In this document: positions 23,701 through 28,523 of the stretch, piece by piece
Layout: the number at the start of each line of letters is the position of its first letter
Position numbering within the stretch: position 1 is the first letter of the stretch
DNA from: a virus
Lineage: Duplodnaviria; Caudoviricetes
Virus record (IMG/VR): IMGVR_UViG_3300009086_000041
Coordinates: 1-38,981 of that record
Strand: one strand, 5' to 3'
Length of the DNA: 38,981 bases
Position numbers and translations under genes: made by a program
The notes under the pieces: generated by a model
Databases searched by the model: none
What the model was told of the DNA's origin: nothing
Seen by the model: the letters and a program-made list of their open reading frames with translations, nothing else

Positions 23701-24479
23701 GCAACATAGTATAACAACTCAGGTGCACCTGGTTGTACTGTAAATGTAATTGTTCCTTTTTCTACATTTTGTTGCGAAACTCCGTCATCATAATTAAATT
23801 CAGCATCTAGTGTTTTCTTTGTTTTTATTGTAAACGGAAATCCTTCTGAATTAATTTCAAAAGTATATGTTTGACCTCTATATAATGTTATGCTCGGTAA
23901 TTGTGTTTGTCCGTCTGGTGAAAATATATAAGCAAGGTTATCTGCATTATTAAAAAGATCAACAGTGTATGTACTTTGTACACCACGTGATTGTCCTGCT
24001 ATACTTACAATTTGTGGACCATTTGGTAGCCAATAATATTCACGGAAGTTAGTAATCTTATCTAGGTCAATATTTGGATTCCAGGCATAATATTCTTGTG
24101 CATTAAGACTATCTTGACGCTGAGAATTACCACCAAAGTTTGCTATTTGATTTATATAATCAATATAGTCTTTTCTAAAGGTATAATTACCTAATTCATT
24201 TTTAATTACTAAAGACGGTTCTAATTGATAGTTTTCTCTATTATCTGAAATTTCACTAATATACGAATCATCTGCTACAAATGCTTTAGATTCTTTTCGA
24301 CCAACAAACCCGTTAAGTTTTTCTGCAACACCAGGTTGCACCATTTGATCAAGTGTACTTTCTAAAAACTTTTGATTTGTTTGTGTTCTAAAATATTTAG
24401 GAAGTAAAGCAACACTCTTTTTATTATTTTCACCATTATTTGGTAATGGGAATTCCTGCTGGTCATTATCATATGCCAT
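8718..24479 (-). CDS. Giant multidomain virion structural protein (5253 aa), putative gp7-like baseplate wedge/adhesion protein
   Basis: Uninterrupted 15.8-kb ORF coupled (TAATG) to gp6. Contains FG-GAP-like propeller blades, CBM5/12-like aromatic repeats, Gly-rich GGSGYT..P modules and C-terminal F.[AG]DGS[TS]..F beta-sandwich-like repeats. Confidence 0.8.
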   Translation of the reverse strand: MAYDNDQQEFPLPNNGENNKKSVALLPKYFRTQTNQKFLESTLDQMVQPGVAEKLNGFVGRKESKAFVADDSYISEISDNRENYQLEPSLVIKNELGNYTFRKDYIDYINQIANFGGNSQRQDSLNAQEYYAWNPNIDLDKITNFREYYWLPNGPQIVSIAGQSRGVQSTYTVDLFNNADNLAYIFSPDGQTQLPSITLYRGQTYTFEINSEGFPFTIKTKKTLDAEFNYDDGVSQQNVEKGTITFTVQPGAPELLYYVANNDINNGGLIKVKDIDENTFLDVEYDIIGKKNYTTVKGLTLSNGMKVEFQGNVTPEKYSKGEWYVEGVGDKIALVSETDLEVTSSYVTDLSIPFDTNSFDRLPFDNASGYTNIKDYIVINRGSPERSPWSRHNRWFHRDVIEKSAAYNNQEISVDQSARASRPIIEFNTGLKLYAFGSQSKTNVDLVDTFTTDIFSTIEGSIGYTVDGIKLVNGMRVLFAAEEDIRQAGKIFKVSFITHKGNRQISLIEETDSLPVNNETVLVLNGVSNKGKMFYYNGSSWNETQEKTKVNQQPLFDLFDDSGYSLGDTSYYPNTTFTGNKIFSYKVGTGSNDSELGFPLSYRSISNVGDIVFDFNLLADTFTYTATEISTTLIQNKTDTCNLKKFTDIDSFTYVNAWIKAPTNSSQYVLRQYTSIDNQTVFEIDTYDRSAELTDLIIKVFVNNTLNFKDTNYTIDTTSHNAKVVFNSELDENDIVLIKTKSATIKNKNGLYEIPANFERNPSNENIESFTLGEVNDHIGSVVEEINNFNGVYPGNSNLRDLGNIAIYGKKFVQHTGPINLSLYHLTDKDTNIIKALEFNRREYAKFKRTFLQTSLNTGFDGTVKAHVDYILKEISQNRNIDMPFYFSDMAPAGGEKKITYTVFDTNNQFYALTKTHDNTTLSVRAVTVYINDEQIIYGSDYTFNNEGFCVITKTTQNGDIINIFEYETTDGSFIPPTPSKLGLYPKFVPSVHTDNSYITPRKVIQGHDGSKIIAFDDYRDDLLLELEKRIYNNIKISYDSSIVNIHEFLGGEDRDTGIAKTDIDNALITDFASWLASVGDVDYTENTGYVRGNPFTYNYRFMTSPSGKQLPGYWRSVYKQAYDTDRPHTHPWEMQGFFTKPSWWETVYGPAPYTKDNLFLWEDIENGLIRQPNTSVVIKEQYKRSNLTQHLPVDESGNLKSPLESGYAQGFIGSLTSTPFVFGDEAPAETAWRRSSEYPFALVRAWCLNQPSKIMGLGFDRSRTVRNNAGQVVYADTSKRINLKDLKFPNNSQAVDVRVLTAGLVNFIANYLASNVLTNYTEYQNKLASITNQLSFRLGGFTDKSKFNLILDSRTPLNEGNVFIPEENYNIVLSQSSPTDIITYSGVVVERSQLGYIIRGYDSTNPVFKYYGYNVLNGDPVVSIGGVSEAFVQWNESKQYLESQLVEYNDQYYRVKESHTSTEAFDGSKFIKLSALPTEGGREAIFRTSWKSEILSLPYGTLLRTSQEVVDFLLGYQRYLESLGFNFDGFDADMQSIKNFKLSSKEFLFWTTQGWESGSLISLSPLADGVTFKRDFTVIGDVFNNFFGYSIFKADGTKLKEDVLTVSRTNDEFNIKPKNTADGIYAIKLAAEQTEHVIILDNETDFKDVIYDKEAGYRQERIKLLGYRTADWDGSLNIPGFLYDSAEITLWQPYKDYEIGSIVKNKEFYYSAYKKVSGIQNFKESDWLRLDAKPEAQLLTNINYKVDQFADFYDLDTDNFDVDQQEIAQHLIGYQKREYLANIINDDVSQYKFYQGYIHDKGTKNALTKLFDALGATDKESLEFFEEWALRLGQYGAADGFDELEIKLSEEKFKLSPQPIRLTNEDETDNLVYNIPETDVYLKPNNYDNTPFPTKFIPEGQTQIRTAGYVRSEDVKYTVVNKDDILNIDINTLDNGQYVWVTFENQSWNVYKHIDSGFTVTGVTADGTSAIITLDKRSSFATDDIIGITNLTGFEGFFKVTSSATNTVTVASTIALEDPIINAKGVLTKFASNRVPTLADANIYTQNVIDNGELLWIDNMGDDTWGVIKNSASYHENLTIVNPLESDSTNPNFGSSITASNDNTIIAIGAPNNEDGKVLVYTSDDTTTTLAQEIAPITDIAQANSKFGESITMSTDGKYLVIAAPDASNVKSNFKDDFNASVEYPFASIVEYNNSLWKARRIVKGQTANVVFDTFESAPQVKDYLLNKYSSFSESTLYNVGNITTYLGDIYIAVARSNPGSRIPANWEAVGESKNILTGDYPLPNTETDHILVRAPAGAYEGSVPGDKVYFDWNEVSHGYEPIDKFEIIDIKFESVPPEYENVTNVTTGIRLQTNLEHGLLDGDEILVTDIPNDTISTSGFDNSDQTLPLNVVQNKGITGLEYNKYYVKVKSTKEVYLYTTYAIDTLVDGTNNTQGAQFQGSAIPGGVFNGNLRKVRSLFDNRMIGFGCELEWELDSNGTVYNLTIKNDLADPSNPTPIQGTGYTAPIIKITDTGTGNSATASATVTNGRITAVNLITGGVNYTNSTISVEIIDTDVRVDTNWLTSNVHTVQSKVDEIFYILDPLNVPVIGDEITTSTGNATVVYTKFELGKLVIYANSKNGVFTESGTLEISSTFRIGEFIRPAHEKIETSDVLGGYWKISLDTIEPGFKINPNARLVDYAPSIVLKDVRLVGDVSAPLPYKSSIQSLLSIPPVQLTTGKVLQKQSHYITNISYNGNANTAADARIDLLSPKWLLRADKTISDKVVADRAAGLNPKVGVWLNKITNIDGTIADETFSGLTTEIINGTHVPSDIWDGYVDVLLSDTTNQVSIGDTLVEGTNGKAEIVYYQRDGNDARYYIKVISGSFTQGADYGPAGAQSLPAYEIRFIDSVQTQSNVIGTSIRTSISDNTIGKLFVFDHTQNLPIPTRNRATDIASFDSDVISGFDLEYFTWVEENRNGTQRLSLVPEVANNDWEKVYNIPVVNTALASSFTNEGVFYVYEYNTTTSSYDLVNGFILPNRISERRLGQQLKIVKTGELYKLLINSKEGAGKIYSVLKGTSETGKVYDWQLSKDDKFRGIYNNSIIYYIDDIVYYNNNFYKALTNIQGEAFTASKWILLNDHIDFIGSIPNTLGYNYAEDSTLENDVTDFGSSFDVSDDGKTIAAISAYGDIKRVSVYKYHDEHYNLYQILEIPSDAIEFGETISVADDGKLIAVGAPGSTYLSARQGQVFVYSQKETGYELIQTLVAQNSEPIENFGYQLSFDGNQLAVSSANGNIELDTTYDNDGTVFDNGFTNFSRTIIDSGAIYLYERINDALVYGQQLSYRDFDVKDFGRDIIIKNDKVYVGLINDTVGDKVGKVVQFEKDNVNTWTLSRKPNPQVDLDKFKGSFLYNTTSNNYLTSLDLIDPVQGKISGIAEQDLAFKTYYDPATYTIASDTNVTVDEYNSWSVTNIGKLWWDLSTTKFLNAYQGDSIYSSNSWNTLAPGASIDIYEWIETTLTPTQWDTQADTPAGVRKGISGKTKYGETAYCTRKEYDKISSTFTTKYYFWVKDKKITPDTENRSKSAYDVAAIIADPVSQNLKFANMLSENSFVTRNCDKLFVNDEVAANFRYFTIDDQTINVHNEYQIISEGLYTSKPKSTLELKWFDSIIGQDAYGRPVPDPALSTKQKYGILNRPRQSWFVDRVEATTQAFTRVNSVIKEKLIDDNYNITALLQKDPAPSAISALWDRQVDTDAELSTIGTAKAKVAQIEPVVVNGIVTQVNIIDKGYSYADPSYNINVGGTRRGPKITINGTGEGLELESTINALGQLTSVTVINGGTNYAESLTLTIRPLSVLVNADATLDGDWAIYAWNSTTEKFEISSQELFDVSDYWNYLDWYETGYSQLTSIDYLIQETYELNTINDGIGDIVKVENVGTGGWLLLEKTLNADVPDYTINYRTIGRENGTLQFVDSISSDATNKTALRKILIALRDNLFIGELEIEYNNLFFACLRYVFSEQTYVDWAFKTSFIKAKHNVGKLIQKTNYQNDNLPSFEEYVNEVKPYKTNIREYLSAYEGNDNTSSVIADYDLPAEYNSNLDKIIPSDFIVKDNVLSSVLTDVTQYPAKHWVDNSSYSVGSVLIKDGGSGYTETPLVTFVGGGGTGATARAFIGNGIIKKIEILDPGTGYYSAPQIQFEGTQTNGTQPIVSVILINGKIRSTRIAQKFDRIASEVSLSDIQEVETFTATGSQLKFNTKWPVQLKTNAIDITIDGIQALSSQYIYKNVSDVTKGYTRNTGQIEFSFAPLLGSTIVVTYNRSLELLNAAERIQFLYEAETGLYGKDFAQLMDGVDYGGVQVKSFEFGQDLGWDNAPWYANNWDSYDDAFEDEIITLDGSTTQITLSKPLEDTEVYNIYLNGVRIDDPNFGTGNPVANPNAITQSLTGDGEQTIIYTDNDGLDINKPLVDGDTIIVRKASSDGSFLPDTFTLDTVVEGGNLAYGTATGLKSEDITIDGDNFVSSTTSKGPEELVPGQLLDTLDITVIDKVADGGSAIAVRNYTASATQNKVFDLSLLPHNIESLIVKVDNIILGPNEENELPYEINFTSKTITFTEALNVGQRVSIISMAGNGENILDIDNFIADGSTQIFVTNVLWNQNISTYISIDGTKAVAEIFETDSSYDGRAGLVGLKFITPPEAGSFIYYAVYASTSVSYSEVTVDRFEGDGSSVGFTLSTAPTSSLPLSHNVVVKVDNKILYPGYNQQFIISPSREYTFDLHQVARASVSPEDIAVYLNDIQLTYLQDFNWDFNNSAVILFDNIGSNGDTLDVFVLNDGEYEFDRNVELTLDSDSITGQFSQNEEVRIGSADSTQHEATVRTFTGSKLTVIGDSTAILATLTNDPTIQIEGLSSGATATQVTGFKGVESGDRVILNNTPTTGTKVDVYKFNKHDIQNIERITQDIITRSTLVIDSDDYYEYNKLTQGLVELRGPAIDPAYLWVSLNGQLLSANIDYTITENLKYLKVTKPLVKSDRLDIVHFAGNRANEKFGFRIFKDMLNRTHYKRLNNSKIYALDENLNYYDDSITLISAEGISQPDPSINVPGVVFIDGERIEYFKVENNVLSQLRRGTLGTGVKEVYKAGEEMMDQSAYQTVPYTDEIRTLQFEADGSTASYILDWATTNINEFEVFVAGRRLRKNAIQVFDTTIDQDSPEADITVDAEFTLSSNTVTLNTVPVAGTKVFIIRKIGKIWQSSGESLRVAENPIAEFLRDQTIDLPK

Positions 24480-27400
24480 TAGTAACTATAGCCTCCATTG
24501 CTTGAACTACTACTTGATGAGCTACTTGAGCTACTTGAGCTACTTGAACTACTACTTAATGCTACTGAAGTAACAGTATTATTGTTGATCTCAGTTACTA
24601 CAGCACCAGACGCTTTAAGTTTTGAAGCTGTAACCGCTGATATTATTTCTACGTCTGCAACAGTTGATCCGTTAATAAAAATTTCATCTGCTTCTGCTTT
24701 AATTTCAAACAAACTACCAAACGCTGAATTTGTTTTATTAGGAACAATAACAATTGACGAAATGTTAGGTGCTAGTTCGTTCATAATATATGTGCTTAGT
24801 TCTGAGAAGTAAAATGTTTCACCAAAGTCCCAGTTTTCAAGTGCAAAGAATCTGTTTATCGCCGAAATAACATTTGCCTTAACTTCGTTATCATTAACAA
24901 CTTTATCAACATTTTTTACTATTTTAAATGTTGCTTGTAAATCAGTATTTGCAGATGTTCCAAACAATGGTTTATATTTTACTGGATGATAAATTACATC
25001 ATCACTAATTGATTTAATTTTGTTTATTTCGCTACCGTAATTTGTAAACAAACTATCTGACGTAGGTGTTACTGGTTTTAAAGGTATTGCACCTTGTAAC
25101 CACTGTCTATACAATGTATCATAAGATCTAGTTAGCATATAAACATCAATTATGTTACTACTACTTGGATCAATTCTATTACTTTCGTCTGCGGCGTGTT
25201 CATATTGGAAAATAATATTATCTCTTCCAGGATATGCTCTATAATCAACTGTAAGTGTTAACGTTTCAGCTTCTTCATTATATACTTTAAACAACCCAAC
25301 ATCTACAATATAAAACACTGTACCATCAATATACGACGATAACCCTGCTTGTATAATATCATTTTCTGTTGCAACTATTTTTGTAGTTGCTGTTCTCCAA
25401 CTTACAAATTTATAATCATCAATGCCGTCATAATTTGTATACTTTTGTTGTATTACAAATTTATCAACTAAGTTTGTAGGTGCGCCAACATATTGTGTAA
25501 ACATGTCTGGGTCATCTACAACACCATCGTCGTCTGAATCAAAAAATCCTACTTGTATTTTTTTACTATCTACGTAACCTTCTGCATCTCTATACTCTTG
25601 CAATATTTCCCAATCAAACGGAACTGTAAACGGTTGTGTAGATCCTGGCTGTGTGTTAATAGACATAATTCTAACTTTGTCTTTAACAATTTTATTTGTT
25701 TGTGGATCAAATACTTTATCACTACTATCAAAATAAAATCTAATTTCTTTATCACTTTCAAACACATATCTTTGACCATGCGTTGTTATTGTATACGTTT
25801 CGCCATCTGTATTAAATAATAACATCCAACTATTATCAAGTTGTTGATTACTAGTATCGCCTGTTTTGCCCATACCAAATGCTGATGTTTTATCTAAATT
25901 ACTTTCTGTAATTAGGCGCCATAAATTTTCACTAACACTGTATCGTAATCCAAAAGTTTTATATTGGAATATTTGATCAATCATTTGTGTTTGGATATCT
26001 GTATCAAGTAGTGTTGCAAATTTTGGAATAATTCTTTCAATTACCGGATATGCATTTGTACCTGCAGGTGCTGCTGGAACTACATCATTAAATACAATTG
26101 GACCTCTACCGTCAGCATAATTGGTCTTACCGTTTCCATTAACGCCGGAAACTTTAGTCCACATATATTTGGTTGCGCCCGAGTGTAATGGTTTTCCTAC
26201 CTCGTCTAGCATCAATGTACCATCAGGCATAAAGTGATAACCTTCGGGCGAAACAAATTTAACCATTGCTCCTGGTTGTATATATTTTAATGTACTACCA
26301 GTAAATGTTGATAATGTATATTTTACTCCTTGCAAGTCCATTAAGTAGCCTGTAGAAATATTTTGATCTTTAGTTACTTGTACAAATTGTGCATTTAAGT
26401 CTGTAACTACTTGTAATGGAAATTTAGTATAATAAAAATTTCTTAATGACGGATCTAGCAATAACGGTTCAACTGTAGAACTAATAGTTCCTTGAATATC
26501 ATTACGTGTTGTAAACGTAAAGTTAACTTTGCTATCTAAGTATTGTGTATATATTGCGCCGTCTTTTCCGTATAAATTAGTTTTAGAATATTTTCCCGTA
26601 GCGTCTAATAAATCAAAGTATCTTGAAATGCCGCTTGATGTTCTATTAACGGCTTTTACTTTAACTATTTCTTGGCTTACTGATAACGGAGCAACATTAT
26701 AATCTTCACCAGTTATCATTCTGTTCTGTGTATAGTAAGTAGATGGAGCATTTGATTTTATACTGTCATTGCTTTCGCTTTCAGCAGAATTATCAACTGT
26801 GTATTTTAGTTCGTACTCTATTGTTAAAGTTTCTTCTGTTCCAGTTTTACTAAAATAAGGTATAGTAATGTTTATATTAGTCATTTCATCAGGACTAATT
26901 ACAAAACTTCTATTATCACTTGCTCTATAATATACTTTAAAGTTTCCTTTAGGTAGCGTACCAAATACACCATCACTAAAAATTAAACTAATTCTATCTT
27001 GTACTCGAGTTAATACACTATAAACATTTCTAATATTTTTACTTAAACTATTATAAACAATATTGTTACCTTCAACTGAATTAACTTTACTCCAAAGTTC
27101 AGTTTCGTTACCTGTGGTGTCTAATTTATACAACCAAACATCACTATCGTTTACATTAATAGCATCAAGATTTACTGTTTGATTAGTACTTGGTGTACTA
27201 ATTGAAAATGTACCTTGGTCTAATGATCCTTGTCTAAAGTGTGAAAAGAATCCTGTGTTATTACTGCCAGCGCCTTGTCCGTCATCTTGATAAACAAACG
27301 CAAAATTATTTCCTGGTAGCGGAGCTTCTTCTAAAATTTCATTGCTTTCAATGTTTGTTGATACTAACTCAAATAACGTTCCTCGTCCACTAATATTTTT

Positions 27401-28006
27401 TGTAAAGCCAAAGTTCGGAACATCTGTATTAAGTGCATTGAATCTATATTGCTCTGCACTTATACCGTTAACTGTATCTTTCTTAACTGGGCGTCCAACA
27501 ACACCGTTAGCCGGTAATGCAGAATTTAAAACTTTAATAAATTGTTCATACCAATCTTGGTTTGAAACATCATTCCATACTATAGTTTGCCCTGCTAAGT
27601 TATTACCGTTAGAGTCTATAATATCTTCTGACGTACTAATACTTTCCATTTTAAGAAGACCGTTAGCAGATTGGTTACGTTTAGGATTATATGAAAGTAG
27701 TCTTGCTAAACGTATAACGCTTTCTCTGCGTTCTGCTAATTCTAAGAAGTTTTCTCTTGCATTAAGATCTGCACGAAAAGCAAGGTTTTGTCCTAAGTAT
27801 GCAATTAAATCAATTAATGCAAGGTATTCGCTTGATTCAATGTAATCATTAAAATCCTCAGGATAATTTTTCCTTAGGTAATTAATCATTGTACGTCTTA
27901 AATTGTCAAAGTCGTAGCTCTGAAAATCAGCATTTTTGAAGGACTGGTAGACTCTTTTCCAATCCTCTGAAATTAATAATTTATTTTGTCTATCTGTTGA
28001 CGACAT
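24479..28006 (-). CDS. Baseplate wedge subunit, T4 gp6-like (1175 aa)
   Basis: YDFDNLRRTMINYL...FNDY..SS...LIDLIAY...ENFLELAERRESV..LA..LSYNPKR N-terminus, ES..SIK.NAP..YYTQNRMITGEDY motif and FGETFYFSEL C-terminal region; RBS GAGGA. Confidence 0.9.
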   Translation of the reverse strand: MSSTDRQNKLLISEDWKRVYQSFKNADFQSYDFDNLRRTMINYLRKNYPEDFNDYIESSEYLALIDLIAYLGQNLAFRADLNARENFLELAERRESVIRLARLLSYNPKRNQSANGLLKMESISTSEDIIDSNGNNLAGQTIVWNDVSNQDWYEQFIKVLNSALPANGVVGRPVKKDTVNGISAEQYRFNALNTDVPNFGFTKNISGRGTLFELVSTNIESNEILEEAPLPGNNFAFVYQDDGQGAGSNNTGFFSHFRQGSLDQGTFSISTPSTNQTVNLDAINVNDSDVWLYKLDTTGNETELWSKVNSVEGNNIVYNSLSKNIRNVYSVLTRVQDRISLIFSDGVFGTLPKGNFKVYYRASDNRSFVISPDEMTNINITIPYFSKTGTEETLTIEYELKYTVDNSAESESNDSIKSNAPSTYYTQNRMITGEDYNVAPLSVSQEIVKVKAVNRTSSGISRYFDLLDATGKYSKTNLYGKDGAIYTQYLDSKVNFTFTTRNDIQGTISSTVEPLLLDPSLRNFYYTKFPLQVVTDLNAQFVQVTKDQNISTGYLMDLQGVKYTLSTFTGSTLKYIQPGAMVKFVSPEGYHFMPDGTLMLDEVGKPLHSGATKYMWTKVSGVNGNGKTNYADGRGPIVFNDVVPAAPAGTNAYPVIERIIPKFATLLDTDIQTQMIDQIFQYKTFGLRYSVSENLWRLITESNLDKTSAFGMGKTGDTSNQQLDNSWMLLFNTDGETYTITTHGQRYVFESDKEIRFYFDSSDKVFDPQTNKIVKDKVRIMSINTQPGSTQPFTVPFDWEILQEYRDAEGYVDSKKIQVGFFDSDDDGVVDDPDMFTQYVGAPTNLVDKFVIQQKYTNYDGIDDYKFVSWRTATTKIVATENDIIQAGLSSYIDGTVFYIVDVGLFKVYNEEAETLTLTVDYRAYPGRDNIIFQYEHAADESNRIDPSSSNIIDVYMLTRSYDTLYRQWLQGAIPLKPVTPTSDSLFTNYGSEINKIKSISDDVIYHPVKYKPLFGTSANTDLQATFKIVKNVDKVVNDNEVKANVISAINRFFALENWDFGETFYFSELSTYIMNELAPNISSIVIVPNKTNSAFGSLFEIKAEADEIFINGSTVADVEIISAVTASKLKASGAVVTEINNNTVTSVALSSSSSSSSSSSSSSSSSSSNGGYSY
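24500..24556 (-). repeat. Poly-serine tract (19 Ser) including a 9-bp tandem repeat (TGAGCTACT)x3
   Basis: 19 consecutive AGT/AGC/TCA codons counted directly; exact 9-bp unit repeated three times at 24518-24544. Confidence 0.95.
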
Positions 28007-28025
28007 TGTGTTTCCTCGCTATAGT

Positions 28026-28034
28026 GTATTTATT
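28026..28034 (-). promoter_or_regulatory. Putative late promoter AATAAATAC for the gp6-giant protein operon
   Basis: TAAATAC core in the intergenic gap upstream of RBS GAGGA and ATG 28006. Confidence 0.78.
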
Positions 28035-28064
28035 ACATCTAGATAAGTGCGTATATTATTTCTG

Positions 28065-28508
28065 TTATGTAAGTCCATTATCTTCATCAAATTTGAACTG
28101 TAGTTTTTCAGATATGTTATACGGCAAATATGTAAGTTCACACTCTATTTGTAGCCCGCTTTCGTATGGTACTACATCAATTGCTGTTACTGATACTCTT
28201 GGGTCAAAGTTAACAATCTGTGTAACATTTTTTACTATTGCAGATTTTAAATTTTCTGTAAGAGGTTCAAAAAGTACGTCCCATATAATAGTACCAAATT
28301 CGGGGTTTTCTAGTTTTTCACCTTGACGTATGTGAAAATGATTAATAAGGTCTTGTTTAATAAGTGCAATATCATAAAGTGTATTAGTAGAGTTCTCTGG
28401 ATTAGTCGTTGATATGCCTCTATACGCCCTGCTTTCTACTACAGCTCGTGGCTTCTTATTTGTACTAACGTCTACTGTTTTATATAATTTTTTTTCTTTT
28501 GTACTCAT
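28065..28508 (-). CDS. Baseplate wedge subunit, gp25/GPW family (147 aa)
   Basis: DIALIKQDLINHFHIRQGEKLENPEFGTIIWDVLFEP...DPRV motif; canonical position between gp5 and gp6. Confidence 0.92.
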   Translation of the reverse strand: MSTKEKKLYKTVDVSTNKKPRAVVESRAYRGISTTNPENSTNTLYDIALIKQDLINHFHIRQGEKLENPEFGTIIWDVLFEPLTENLKSAIVKNVTQIVNFDPRVSVTAIDVVPYESGLQIECELTYLPYNISEKLQFKFDEDNGLT

Positions 28509-28512
28509 GTCT

Positions 28513-28520
28513 ATATTTAC
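28513..28520 (-). promoter_or_regulatory. Putative late promoter GTAAATAT, 5 nt before the gp25 ATG
   Basis: Minus strand reads TAG-TAG-G-TAAATA-TAGAC-ATG; no clear Shine-Dalgarno after the motif. Confidence 0.6.
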
Positions 28521-28523
28521 CTA

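Noticed and set aside
8718-24479. Intein as the explanation for the giant ORF or its insert
   Set aside because: I saw no intein N-terminal block, no convincing HN-[CST] junction with intein context, and no LAGLIDADG motifs.
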